Below, one piece after another: positions 11,964-24,995 of a stretch of 64,000 bases of DNA. The position numbers and the translations under genes were made by a program. The number at the start of each line of letters is the position of its first letter. The stretch's first letter is position 1. The notes below the pieces were generated by a model that made no database searches, had not been told where the DNA came from, and saw only the letters and a list, made by a program, of their open reading frames with translations. Origin of the DNA: Dudresnaya verticillata (lineage: Eukaryota); contig OZ374560.1 in assembly GCA_977862235.1 (NCBI GenBank), positions 992,001 to 1,056,000 of the forward strand. Reading direction: 5' to 3'.

Positions 11964-13509
11964 CGTAGTCGGCGTCGTAAGAGGCGGTGGTGAGCATAGT
12001 GGTAACTTGTCGGCTCCCTTGCGGAGTCGGCAGGTAGGGGATCATACGTCGTTGACGAATAATGTGGAATGTCCTGCGGCGTTAGCCGCCGTAGCTTAAG
12101 AGTTTGGGTGCGGGGGTTCCCCGTTGCTTAGCCCGATAAACTGCATCGTTGGTAACGTAGTTTGTTTTCGTCCGCTGCGGCCGTCGCGTCGTCGCTGACG
12201 AGTCTTGCGGGCGCGTTAGCGAAATGTTTGTCTCGTCGTGGCGACGTGCTCGGGGCGTTGTACTTCCCCTCGTTGCTCGCTGCCTTAGCGTTGTGTAGTG
12301 CGCCTGAGGCGTTATTCTCGTCGTCGTTGACGATTAGCGTAGCTGTAATGGTTGTTTGTTAGCGAGGGCGAGGGGTTGTCCCCGTCTGTTTTAAGCCCCG
12401 TAAACTTCGGCCATTGTCAGCGTCTTCCCGTGTCGCGTTTCGCGTTGGTCTTAAGGTGTGACTTGTGGTCCCACTTCGACTTTGCGTCGTGTTTTTGATG
12501 GTCCGCTACAGTAGCGTTGGCTTTTGATGCCATTGGCCTTAGCCGTGCGTTGGCACTTGGCTGTGTTTGCCCAGTAGGGTCCGCTGTAGTAGCGTTGTTC
12601 TTCGTGTTTCACGTGCGGCGGTGGCGTATTTCCGCTTACTTAGCGTTTTTGGGATGCATATGTCGCACTGCGCCTTGGGCGTGGTTTGTCGGCGTCTTCG
12701 ACGAGGGTCGAAGGCGGTGAGGTAGGTGTTGACGTCTTGGCGTTGCCGCCCCTTTCGTCTTCGACGGTCCTCCTTGGGGGTAGGGTAGAGTTGTCGGTCG
12801 CGCTCGCGCGACTGCGGCAGAGCGGTCGCAGGCAGCGGCGGAGTCGTTGGCGATTTGTTGGCGCGTCGTGCAGGGAACCCGCAGCAACTGCGTCTTCGAC
12901 CACCTTCCCCCCTTCGGGGGTGGGTTTGTCGGTGCGCCCCTTCTTGGCGAGTTACATCGGAGACGTTCGGTGGGTCTTGCGCGCGAGACCGTGGCCGGCG
13001 GGGTGGCGGTCCCAGGGACTTGGCCGTGGGGCGAGTGCCCGTCTCGACGTCGGAGACGGTGGGTGTGCGCTGCCACTTGCCCCTGTCGTCGCTGGGGCTC
13101 GTAGCACCTGCTCAGCCACTTGGCATTATTGAGTTCGTCGTGCTTTGACGTCGGGGTGGTGCGCGCCGCCGTGTTTGGAAATTAAAATTTTGACCAACTG
13201 TTGTTGCCTATTGCCCGAGGGGCGCCAGCGATGGATCTCGATTTGCGATCTGGATCCACTGTCAACAGCGCACCCATCCAGAGGTTCCGTATGGGGGCTG
13301 CTGCGAGGTGGCGTGCGCGAGGTGGTCTATGACGCAACGACTTGCGTCCGCGTTCGTCCCTGGCGTGCACACGTGTTTGGTGGCGCTGTCGCTCTGGCGA
13401 CCGCGTCCACAGGCCATGGGTTGAGCTTCCGCGCCTTTGGCGATCGTTGGTCGAGCCCGCGGTCTCGATCGTCCGTCCATTCGCTTCCAGCGGTATTTCC
13501 GGATTAGGG

Positions 13510-16500
13510 TTAGCCGCGCTGCGCGTCATCGACGTTTGGCGGCAGCGGCGTACGTTTTCGACGGTGGTACCGTGTGACGTGGGATCGCGGCAAACTGGAG
13601 ACTGGCTCCCAGGTGTTCGCTGAGGCGGGGTATCCAAACCACTTGACGCGGTAGAGGATCTCATCATCATCCGCGTACGCGTGCGACTCGATGCGTTCAA
13701 TCACGTATTCTTTTCCGCTCACGGCGTTCGGCTTGGACGTGGGCCTGTCCAGCGCCTTTGGCGGTTTGACTCGTTGCGTGATGGGCGTCTGTTCCGGTTC
13801 GGCGAAACTTACTCGACGAGTTGATCGCCGAAGGCGTTGGCCTTGGGCCTCGGACGCTCGATCAGCGGTCGGTGGGTTGTTGCGTCTGAAGACGCGTCTT
13901 GAGACGAGTTCATCGCTTGCAGCGCCTTTCTTCGTGCTTGCACGGTTAACGTCTTCGTTATCGGACGCGCTTGCAGCGGAGTCATTGTTCTCATTCGGCG
14001 GTGCCGTAGCGACGTGTTCCAAACGGGTTCGGACCCCTGGGGTGTTGTCGTCGTTGGAGACGGATTGCGAAGCGCGGTCGTCGGGATCGGCGGCGAAGGG
14101 CGAAAGCTCTGCCAACCCACGACTGCGCGACGCTGTGATCGTGCGCTCTTGCGGATCTCCCGCAGTATGCGAAGTCTCTGCATCCCCCTCCAGGTCCGCT
14201 GGTGGCGTGCTTGGGGTGGTCGTCCCTTCGTCTTGTGACGTGGGGGCGACCGCTTCCTGCTCCTCAGGCGGGCCTAGTGGTACGACGATTGGAGGGGCCG
14301 CCAGACCCGGTGGGGTCGGCGCCCAGACCACGGGGTTTCGGGACAAACGTTCCCGCTCATCACGTCCCTTGTCGACGGTTACCGTCTCGTTATCAACGTG
14401 AGTTACCCGGTATGGTCCGTCTGCCACTGGCGCGAGCTTATGCTTACGCTCTGCGCGGTCCGTGCTCCCGCCTCGGCGAAGTGTTCCTTACGTACGAATA
14501 CGAAGTCGCCTACGGCGATTGCTTCCTTCGATTTCCGTAATCGGGTGTCAAAGTTTCGTTTGTAACGTGCTTGAGTCTTCTCTAACGACGCTTTAGCGGT
14601 TCCCATCAGTGCGGCCAGCCAGGTTCGCCACTTGGTGTAGTATTGCCCCGCGGTGGGTACTTTTTCGAGCGACGGTTCCGCTTCGAGCGACAGTGGCCGT
14701 GGTGGCTTAGACAGCACCAATTCAAACGGAGCGAGATGCGTAGAAGAATGCAACTGTGTGTTGTATGCGAACGTCAAGGCATCCGTGAACAGGTCCCAGT
14801 CTCGCGGATGATCCGCAACGTAGTGACGCAGCGAGGCCAGGATAGTTCGATTAAATCGTTCTACCTGGCCATTGCGTTGCGGATGGTACGTCGTGGTGAA
14901 GAGATTCTCCACTCCCAAAAGACGGCAGATATCCTGAAACAGCTTAGCCACAAACTGTGGTCCGTTGTCGGACAACATTTTCTTGGGGGGGCCGTACACG
15001 AAGACCCAATGTCGTACGAACGCCTTAGCGATTTCCAATGCCGTAATACTACGCAGTGGGACCGTCCGGACCACCTCGAGAAGCGGTCCACAATGACGAG
15101 TAGGAACTTGTTTCCTCGCTTCGTGCGTATGAGTTCGCCCAGGATGTCGATCGATAAGAATTCGAGAGGCTTGGTTGCCGGGAACAACTTCAATTGCTTG
15201 GTGTTCTTTCGCAGTAATACGCGATTCTTAGCGCAGGTTACGCAGTTGCGGACGGTCGCATAGGAGCCCACTGGCATCGATGGCCAATAGTTTTCGCGTC
15301 GAAGCGTATGATATAACTTACGCCCTCCTGGGTGCCCTGCCAACTTGGCGTGGTGCCGGAGGTGGAGTAAGCGAGCGCGTAACGCGGAGGGTACGACTAC
15401 TTGCGGACGGACTTCCACTGTTCGGACCAACAGGCCCTGTTCATCCGTTGCGAACGGTAAGATGACCCCGTCATCCAGACGTTTCCTGACATCGTTACAG
15501 TATTTGTCATCGCCTTGGGCGTGTATCAACTCTTCATGCGTCACTTGACGAAGGAGTACCTCATCCGTCGGTGGCGTGATGTTGATCAACACTTGGTCGA
15601 ACTCTTCGAACTATCGTTCGGCGAAGTCGACCTCGCCTTCGGCGCCTGACGCATCGTCTTGTGACGTTTGATGTCCGTCTTCGACGTAGCTTCCGTGATA
15701 GCACGGTATACCATCGTCAATGGGCTCGACGGTTTCTCCCTTCGTCTGTAGACGCGAAAGGGCATCTGCCTGAGTATTCAGGTACCCCTTTTTGTACTTC
15801 ACGACAAAGTCGAACTCGGAAAGGCGAAGACGCCACCGCATTAACCGTCCGGAGGGGTCGCTGATTTCCATCAGCCACCTCAATGACGAATGGCCCGTAT
15901 GGACTGTGAACGACTCCATCTGGAGGTAAGGTCGCAGCGTCATGACGGACCATACTACTGCGAGGCACTACTTTTCGGAGACCGAGTAGTTACGCTCTGG
16001 AGCGGTGAGCGAGCGGGACCAGAAGCCGAGTGGCTTACGTTCCCCGTCGGGCTGCGTGTGAAAGAGAGCGCAGCCGATCTGATACTCGCTTGCGTCGCAA
16101 TCGACGGAATAGGGGAGACCCTGCTGTGGTAGCGCCAGTATAGGCGGATGAGTTACGGCCTCGACGAGCGTACTGAACGCTTTGGCTTGTGTCTCATCAA
16201 ACGGTTGTAACTGGAAGTCCTGTTCCTTCCTCAGCAACTTGTTGAAGGGGGCAGCGACATGCGCGTATCGCGAGACGAACCGTCTGTAGACGTTACAAAG
16301 ACCGAGGAAACTCCGTAGCTCCTTCTGATCCCGTGGATGCTTGTCTTCGCGTAGCGCGGCAGTGACAGTTCGGTCAACTTCTAACCATCCGGGACGTATG
16401 ACGTGTCCTAAGTAGTTGACGGTCGGGGTGAAGAAGTCACACTTGGTCAACTTCAGGGTCACCCCGGCACGGTGCAATGTCGAAAGGATCTCATCAACAT

Positions 16501-18235
16501 GACGGAAGTGACTGTCGATGTCACTGGAGAAGATTATGACGTCATCGAGGTAGACGAGGCACGAACGCCACTTGTAGCCAGCAAGCAGTATGTCCAACGT
16601 TCGTTGAAACGTAGCGGGTGCGTTCGTGAGACCGAATGGCATACGCTTATAGCGGAACAGACCGGCGTGGCACGTGAACGCAGTCTTATCGCGGTCTCGC
16701 GGATTGATCGGCACTTGCCAGTACCCACTGTTACAGTCTAGGGTGGTGAAGACGTTTGCTTCTCCTAGACTGTCAATGCATTCGTCGATACGCGGCAGCG
16801 GGTACGTGTCCCGTACAGTTACTGCGTTTAAACGATGGTAGTCTACGCAAAAGCGGAGGGTCCCGTCCTTCTTGGCGGCGAAGACCACTGGTGACGCCCA
16901 CGGCGATTGTGCGCGTTCGATAACCCCTTGATGCAGCATGCGGTCCACTTCCGCTTGAGCGAGTTGTCTTTGCTTCGGCCCCGCTCGGTAGGGCGGGGAC
17001 GATATCGGTCTAGAACCGGGAAGCAAGTCGATGTAGTGCTCCGTGGTTGAGATATCTCCCAACGACCCGTCCCACATAGACGATTACTTGCGCAACATCT
17101 CCTTAAGCCGGCCTTGATGCTCGGCGGGGAGATGTCCCAGGTCTAAATCGTCTACTGACGGAGGTGTGGCAGTGGTTGCCTCGATAGACTTCGTGAAAGT
17201 ATCCGGCTGTGCCGCAGTGTTATCGTTCGTTTGAAAACGGAAATCTTGGATTGCCTTCTCTTCCTCGGCCTGTTCCTCTGTGAGGCCCAAAACATCGGCT
17301 AGACTTACGTGACTGGGGAACACTGCTGTCGGATGTGGTAACGCCGTCGCGACGACTTGGCCCTTGGCCAGCGCCTGCGGACGGGGAGAGAAGTTGGCAA
17401 CCAGAATGCGAAACGCTTTTAGCGGCTCCACTTGAGCAATCCCGTTCGTAACGGCCAGACCTTGTTTGTCGTACAGCGTTCCGAACGGTTGAATTGTGAT
17501 TATGCCGGCGCGCTCGGTGGTCACCGATACCCATTGCTGCGCCTTAGGCGGGATGATCGCGCGCTCGGCAACTCGGATCTTGGGCGACGTCCTTCCTTCG
17601 GCCTTGCCGTACTCCTGTTCCGTTGGTAACGGAGGATACGACGGGGGTCGGCGCAGCGGGCGGCGCGTTATAGGGACACGAGTCCCGTCATCCAATTCGA
17701 CCTCGCGACTTCGCGGATATTGCTTCGACGAAGCGGTCGCAAAAGTCGCAACCGAGTATAACCGGCGCAGCGAGTCGTTCGCAAACGATCAGTTCCAACT
17801 TGACGACTCTCCGTCCTAGACGAACGACCAGGTCGATGGTGCCTCTTGTCTGGATCGCCTTATTGTTGGCGTCGGCTATGATGGGGAGGCTCTTTGCCAC
17901 GATGCGCGATCGCGCTTCCAGCGGAATGTCGTCAATGCGAATGAAATTCGGACCAGCCCCCGTGTCGAGGACAGTGAGTTTACGTGCCAAGGTACTAACG
18001 GTTGCGCCCAAATCGGCGTACACCTTATAGTTCCTCTTGGCCATTACGAACAACTGCCCTCGCGCCTGTGGGGGCTGGTACCTTCGCCATGGGCGTTTTA
18101 ATGACATCTGTGACGACTCTATCCGCCCGTTGGCGTCATCTGTAACTAACTTCGGGCCCTCCTTCCGTGTCAGCACCCGAGGCCTAGGCCTCTCTTCGCG
18201 GTGCGACACCCCAGTGTTGGGATTTGGTGCCCGAG
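13510..18235 (-). pseudogene. pol: Gypsy A pol (protease, RT, RNase H, integrase, chromodomain) with several frameshifts and stops
   Basis: VLDTGAGPN; LRFCVDY, MPFGLTNAPATFQR, VYLDD; DCDASEY, NYSVSEK; GHPGG, CVTC, SDNGPQF, YHPQRNGQVERFN; GPY; EYVIERI...YRVKWFGYPASANTWEP. Confidence 0.96.
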
Positions 18236-20807
18236 TTAGTTTTTCGCCTGCGGCGGTGGTTGCGGAGCTACATAGCGGTTGATCCTCGTCGGATGACGTT
18301 CGGCCGCGTGCGGCATGGGTCCGCCTCGTGGCGATTGTGGTCGTGCAGCACGGCGAGCAGCGTCGCGGGTCGCGCGTTCCTTGCAACGTACATACGCATC
18401 AGCAGGGACACTAGCCTTCTCGGCTTCAGTTAGTCCTTCATAGTTGGTAATAACCTTCATGAAGTCGCTCATGCGGAGGAAGCAGTCCGGTGCGATGTGT
18501 CCGCGGGCGTAGCATTGGTGGCATACCAGCTGCCGACGCGCGTCTTGACGCGGCGGGCCTCTGTCCTGCCATCCGGGCCTGGCTCGGTGAACGTGTGGAG
18601 CATACTCGGAATATGGGACGCGTGGCGCGGGTACGACAGAGCGCCCAAAGGCGAGAGCAGGGTCCATATCCCTTTCGTCCTCGTCGTCGACGTAGCTGTC
18701 CGTCGGTAGAGCCGAGGTTGGCACCGACGCTTGCTCGTCTGCCAAGTACAGATCGCCTTCGGCGTGTGTTTCCATGTCATCGACAGGGCGGCTAACGTCT
18801 CAGAACTCGACGGAGGACTCCGCTATCAGAGCGCGCGCTCCAGGCTTGGCGCTTCTCTTCTGTGGACGCAGTACTCCTCGGGCATCGCCGATGGCGGATC
18901 GCGATGTGGGCGGATCGCGATGTGCGTACGGCTTGAGCCGGTGTCAGTAGGTCACGTCGTGCTGACGCGGAACCGGCCCTGCCGTGTCGTGCGCGGTTGG
19001 CATCCACTTCTTCCTGTGCGAAGTGAACCAGCCGCTCAAATGATAACTCCGCCCTTGGCGTTTCTTCTCGGAAGCGAGCGACCAGGGACCTGATCGACGG
19101 GTCTAACCCGTCGATGTACAGTGTCATCTTTTCCCAGTCAGGATATACGTTACCGCAACGAATACACGCACCGGCTAGCCGCATCCCATAGGTCGTCTCT
19201 TCCTCGCCTTGCTTCTGGGCCATCGACCGTAGGGCGAGGACAGCGTCCCTGATCGCCGCTGGCGTAGCATACGTACGGAGGAGGTACTGTACCGCCTCCG
19301 GATACGAGGACACCCCGCCACGATGGCGAGAAGACGTCGACTTGACGGAGCGGAATTGCGTGGCTGCCGTACCTCGCAAGAAGTACGGCAGTGCAACGAA
19401 CGCTTGGGCTTCGCTCATATCCAGCGTATCGGCTTCATCCGCGTAACGCGTCAGGAAGTCGAGGACCATGACGGGGTCGCTGCCGTTGAAGGCGGCGTCC
19501 TTCATGGTCCGCTTCAAGCGCTTAATATGGTCCTTGACCTTACCCGTATCGCGCTAGTTTTTGCCCTACGTCTTTGAGACGGTACGTCCTGTACGATAAT
19601 AACTGATCGAGAAGGGGTTGGAGGGGCGTAGCTCCTTCAACCCCTTGAACCGCTTTCCGCGAGGTCTTGCGGCACTGCAGGTAGTTGGGAAGTCGTCGTC
19701 CTCAGACGAAGAGTCTGCTGACTCTCCGTCACTTGACGAGTCTGAAGAGGACGAGGATGAGCCCCCACGTCGATGACGGTTCTTCTTCCGTCTCTGACGC
19801 AGCTTACGGCGGCGTCTCTTCCGATTCTTACGTCTGTGACGATCTTCGCATGAGCTCTCGTCACCCGACGGTGGACCGTTGCGCCACTTGGCGGTTTCGA
19901 GACGCTCTAAGCGAGTCGCAAGTCGCTGGAAGCGTTCGCGCGAGCTAAGCTAAGAATGCGAATGAACCGTTGCTGCCGGCGGTGGTTGTGTACCCTCGCC
20001 TTGGGCGTTTTGGTTCGTCAAAAGACGGTCGAGGTTGGATCGAAGCCCTTGTAGGGCGCCGTTCCGATCCTCTTCCAACGTCTGTAGAAGACTTGCGATT
20101 CCTCCGACACTGTCGTCCAGCAACGCGGCGAATCTAGCGAGCATCGCATCGTCCTCCAAGACGCACACCTCTCGGATCCGTTCGCGTGGTATCGATAAGT
20201 TACTCACGCGGACGGCCTAGGGTGACGCCGTTGGCGGTACGCTTTCGCGGTTGGACCGGTCGGGCGTCCCTTGCGCTCTTTGACTTGGCGACTTCGGCTT
20301 AGCCGGCGAACAACCAGCACTGCCGTGGGGAGTGGGGCAACATGCCCCTTGTGTCAATGGTTCGTCAGCGACGTTGCGCTCCGCGGAGTGCGCTTGATCG
20401 TCGTTGACGGGGATGGTTGGTTGATACGGGCGTTCCGGTTGTCCCTCGATGATGTCGGCTTGTGTTCCGTCTACGACGTCCTGTTGCTCGGCTTGTACTG
20501 TATCAGCCGAGTCAACGTAGGAGCGGTAGGTGCGGAGGGCCGATCCCTCGGGGTCGGAGGTGCGGACGACGACGGGGTTGCGCGTCGGCGGGGGAGGTAA
20601 CTCTCCTCCGTTGAGCGACGCGTGGGAGCCTGCGTGGCCGTGGCCCGGGGGTAGCGTCAGGAACGCCGACGCGATCTCGGGGCTCACGAGGCGCCCAGAC
20701 CTCGTTGTCATCCGCTGTAGCGACCGTGCAGACGCGGGTACACTCCCATGCGTCGAAGACGGTCTTCTTGAACTTGGGCCTCGCGACGGCGGAGGTCGTG
20801 AGGCCAT
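18236..20807 (-). pseudogene. gag: Gypsy A gag, fragmented
   Basis: FNGSDPVMVLDFL capsid-like region homologous to Gypsy B gag; zinc knuckle CHQCYARGHIAPDC; lies between PBS and protease. Confidence 0.88.
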
Positions 20808-20914
20808 GATACAATCGTAGAGTTGCTTGAACGTCGTGGACGATTAGCGACAAACGTCTGAAGACGGAGAGTCGGACGTCGCACGACGGAGTAACTCGTT
20901 GAAACGTAGCACAA

Positions 20915-20932
20915 TTCTAGGTCGGGAGACCA
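20915..20932 (-). promoter_or_regulatory. Primer-binding site of Gypsy A, TGGTCTCCCGACCTAGAA
   Basis: Begins with TGG 2 nt inside the 5' LTR; the identical 18-mer occurs in Gypsy B. Confidence 0.9.
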
Positions 20933-20934
20933 GA

Positions 20935-21801
20935 TGTGGTGCAAACGTCGTGGACGATGGACCGCCGAGTAGTTCGGGGCTCGGTGGGTAGCTGCGCCCT
21001 CGGCGGTAGGTAGTCCCGCCGTGGGCGACTTGGTGGTAGAGAAAAGGGGCACGCCTTGGGCGGACTGTAAACGCCCGAGGCGGAAAGGAAGGGAAAGGGC
21101 AACCGAAAGGGAGCACGTCAAGGACGATGGTAGACGTGGAAGCACGGGAGGTAGACGCTTGAGCCGTAGGGCAGCGGTAGGAAACGCACGTGCGAAACGG
21201 GGAAGTCTGGACCAAGGCCGGCTTGCCCGGGGTTTACTCAGCGTCTCAGACGGATTACCTCATATACTACGTGAGCGACGGCGGCGGGCGTGGTGCGCGG
21301 GAACTCAGGACGCGTGTCGCGCCGTCGAGTGTCTGACACGTCGTCGTCGCCATGCAGCCGCGTGCGCGGGAGCTCAGGAGTAGCTTACAGGCGTGCGTGC
21401 GAGTAATGGGTGACTTACAGGCGCATACGTGTAGCAGTGCGGATGATCCGGATTCGGATCCAGATCCCCGCCAGCATTGCTGGCGCGCGGCCATTACAGG
21501 CGCGCTCCTTACATCCCTGTGGATCCGGATGCCGGATCCCGATGTCCCATCCGGATCCGATCCGGATCCGGGCCAAGCTTACGGGCGTGCGCCTTGCGCC
21601 CGGCCGATCGGGATAATGCATCCGGATCTGGCCGTACAGTGTGCGCGTGCGCCGCGCCACGCGGGGTAACGGCGGCCGTATGCCCGTGGGCCAATCGTCG
21701 ATGACGTGTTCGCGCGCCAACGGCGGTGGACGTGCCGTCGGTAGACGTTGGCATATAATACGCTCAGAGCGAAAAAGGGGCAGCCCTTGCCTTGCACCAC
21801 A
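20935..21801 (-). repeat. 5' LTR of Gypsy A (867 bp)
   Basis: Direct repeat of 8292-9157 with about 7 differences seen by eye. Confidence 0.97.
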
Positions 21802-21806
21802 GAATC

Positions 21807-22950
21807 ATCTCGATGCAAACGACAGGAGCGTATGTCTCAGCCGCAGATAAACCAGTCCTTCGTTGAAGGTTGCCCCTGGCAACAAGACGGCCTTTAAATC
21901 TCGCTGGCTTGCCATTCTCATCACGCTTTAAGCGAAGAACCACTCCCGCAGGAACGACCTCTGCATTAGCGGGAACGGATTTAGCCTCTTCATAGGTGGC
22001 TGCGGCCTTTAAAGTCTCGAACTCTTCATTAATAGCTCTGGTCCATAAGGGTGCTTCCGGCGATTCGAGGGCTTCTCTAGCCGTAGGTTCGTCCGAGGTT
22101 GTGACCGCGGCTGGTAATTCAGCAAACAGGTAGCTGAAGAGATTGAGGCTTCGAAAATTGTATCGCGAGCCGGAACGACGGCCGTTGTTCTCAACACGTT
22201 TTTCATTGCCTGGTGTATCATCGTCAATGCCGCTTGGTGCATCATCGTCACTGCCAATTGGTGCAGCAGAAGCATGCCCTCCAGCGATATCGTTACCAAT
22301 CTCGGAATCATCCGGGTTGAAGGTACTGGGGTGCTCTGGAATATGAGTGAGTATGTCAGGTGCACCACGGGGTGCGGCACTGTCGTCAGAAGTGCCCGTT
22401 TTAACGAACTCCGATATGTCAATCTCAACAGAGCGTTCGGAGTCACTTGAGGTTGAGGATAAGTCTTCATTGTCATTAGAAGTGCTGCCAACATGTTTCA
22501 CCACAGCAGCATATCCAGGAAAAGAAGACTCCTTAAAAACCACATGATTTGTACGGACAATGCTTCCTGTCTCATTCAGGACCTTGTATATGCCACCCTG
22601 TACATGGCCGAGGTGAATACCGTTGGAAAGCCTCTTCTGGAAGGGTCGGAGTTTTGGGACCGTAGGGACGTACCTGGCGAGACACCCGAAAGGACGAATG
22701 TACTTGACGTGTGGGGATTGCTCGCCAAACATGGCATTATACGGTATCGCCTTCGTCACTGAATGGATGACCATGTTCTTGGCTTGACTGACATGTTCAA
22801 CAGCGTCAGGCCAGTAGGACAATGGGAGTTTTGCTTGAGAAAGTACCGCCCGATTTAGTGAAAGTAGAGTGCCAATCGTTCGCTCCGCCAAACCATTTTA
22901 AGATGGTGTATGAGGTGTAGTCTTGGAGGTGTTAATACCTTCAAAGTAAT
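21807..22950 (-). pseudogene. pol: Ty1/Copia pol, integrase C-terminal half and RT N-terminus; upstream continuation of 6988-8291
   Basis: TPHTPS*NGLAER, LPLSYWPDAV, RPFGC, VVFKE, EPTAREAL, RFKGRLVARG, ETYAPV. Joining across the GAATC TSD gives EMIRLLL. Confidence 0.93.
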
Positions 22951-24310
22951 GTTCACAACGATTGGGCAGGAGCCACTTATGTTAGATTCGGGCACAACGT
23001 CTCATATGACGCCCTTCATTGATGACGTTCAACAACGAGAGCACTGCAATGTACCAATTGCTCTAGGGGACGATTGGAAGGTGACTGCCAACCACAAAGG
23101 GGTGCGGAAAGTTTCTTGGAATGGAGATGATGGCGTTACCAAGGTATCCCTGAGTAATACGCTTGTCGCTCCCGACCTCTCCATGAGTTTATTGTCAATC
23201 CCTGCTCTTGCTGCAAAAGGTATTTGTACACTTTTTACCCCTGAGGTCGCTTTACTAATCGATGCAGATGACAAGTGTCATGTAATTGGCTATGCCCCTC
23301 GGGGACCGGATGGCCTGTACTATATTGGTACAAACCAAACCCAGGCCTGCAAAATTGCAATCTCCGACCCAACTTATCTCGGAAGGGCTATGATGGCTGT
23401 CGTTAAGAAGATTTTATCACCTTCTAGGAACAACCATGCCTCTCAGTGCAATGTTGGCAAGCCTGGCTACCAGCCATCTGCGGAAGATACCCCACCCCTA
23501 AACTCTAGGGATTCCAATTCTGATTCCAATTCTGATTCGAGTGGTGCATTCTCATCTGACGATGGTACTCCATCTCTAGTTGAGACGGATGACGACGATG
23601 GATATTCTAGCTCTTCTGACTCGTCATCTACGACATCCGAGGGAAGCTCATTTGATTGTCATGATGAAGCTGTATTGACCAGTCTTGACATGCCACTGGA
23701 AGGTATCGGCTATACCCCAGATTCTGAAGCGGACACTGAATCGATTCCTGCTGTCAACCAGGATACACACACATCTAGGCTTGTGTCCTTCTCTGGTACA
23801 CAGGAGAGCACATGTCCAGGTCCCAACGACAAAGTTCCGGAGCACTATCTCAAAACCTGGCATAATCGCATTGGGCATGTTGGAAGCCTTGGAAAGATTC
23901 GCTCCCTAATCCGCAGTGGAGATTTACCGAAACCGACTTGCAAAAAGCAATCTTGTGAGCACTGTCTCACTGGAAAGTATAGAAAGCCGTTCTCTGGTTC
24001 CCTCACCAAGGCCCAAAACCTGGGTCACTTGCATGCCGATGTTAAGGGTCCTATAACACCATTATCGCCGTCTGGTCACGGCTACATTCTTGCTGTGACG
24101 GATGAGAAGTCCCGAGTAATTATGCCTTCTATCTTGAAGACTAAGGGTGATGCCAGTCGCGCTCTTCTATTTGATGTCAGGAGAATTGAGCGCCAATCAG
24201 GACATCCTGTTTTATCATGTCACTACGACGGTGGAGGTGAGTTTAAGAAAACTGCAGTCGCCCTTGAAGCAGAAGGTTTGCGCACCTCCCGCGCTCCCTC
24301 ATTCACCCCC
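22951..24310 (+). pseudogene. pol: Second Copia pol fragment, protease plus integrase N-terminal half, opposite orientation
   Basis: MLDSGTTSHM, WHNRIGH, CEHCLTGK, HADVKGP, VTDEKSR, YDGGGEF. Confidence 0.9.
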
Positions 24311-24352
24311 AACCGCTTGGCTGCCGGTACCACCACGCAAGTTATGCCACGC

Positions 24353-24976
24353 TGTGGAATAATGAGCGCCCGAGCGCTGTAAGCACACACGTGTACAGAC
24401 GACGCCTGTAAGGCGTGAGGCGCCCGAGGGTGCGATGGTTGAGATGGCTGAGTATCATTGGTTGATTAATCCTGGTCACCCATATTTTTGGCATTGCGCG
24501 CCAGACAGCAGCGCGCCTGTACCTCGTAGTGGTACTACCACTCATTCCTATCATTGGATTGTAATCCACCATTTAGTGTACAGTATTAGGTAACTGTCGG
24601 TATTATAACTCTAACATAGAGTGGGTAGCATTTCCGGCTTCCCGCCGTATTTATTGGGCCCCTGAGTAGCAGGGGCCCCGCACTAAACCGGCAGCGGTGT
24701 GTACTTTGGGCTGTACCCATTTTCTGGTCTTCCTACGGTGCCACCGTTGTTCCCTTGCCTTGGGCGTTTACAAGCCCTATCGTGTACGACGATTGCTCTA
24801 CGCTGTAGGGTTGGCCTTCCCTTTTCTTTGTTCCTGGGTATTACAACCATTACAAGTCTCTACCACACCCCTTTTCCCTTTTCCTTTGAGCTACCGCCCA
24901 CCGTGAGTGTTTGTCCCCAGTACAGCTGTCGCGCCGTTTTATCGCCGAGTACCTGGCCGAGGGCCATTCTACTACA
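24353..24976 (+). repeat. 5' LTR of Gypsy B
   Basis: TGTGGAAT...CTACTACA; direct repeat of 37082-37705. Confidence 0.97.
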
Positions 24977-24977
24977 G

Positions 24978-24995
24978 TGGTCTCCCGACCTAGAA
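24978..24995 (+). promoter_or_regulatory. Primer-binding site of Gypsy B, TGGTCTCCCGACCTAGAA
   Basis: 1 nt after the 5' LTR; identical to the PBS of Gypsy A. Confidence 0.9.

Larger units (their letters stand above)
8292..21801 (-). mobile_element. Full-length Ty3/Gypsy chromovirus-type LTR retrotransposon A (13.5 kb) with an antisense extra ORF
   Basis: Two near-identical LTRs, perfect TSD GAATC (8287-8291 and 21802-21806), PBS, PPT, and gag-PR-RT-RH-INT-chromodomain order. Confidence 0.97.

Noticed and set aside
12000..13500. ORFs in the Gypsy A spacer
   Set aside because: Short GC-rich shadow ORFs with no counterpart seen in element B.
24978..24995. tRNA gene
   Set aside because: Only an 18-nt complement of a tRNA 3' end (a PBS); no cloverleaf around it.
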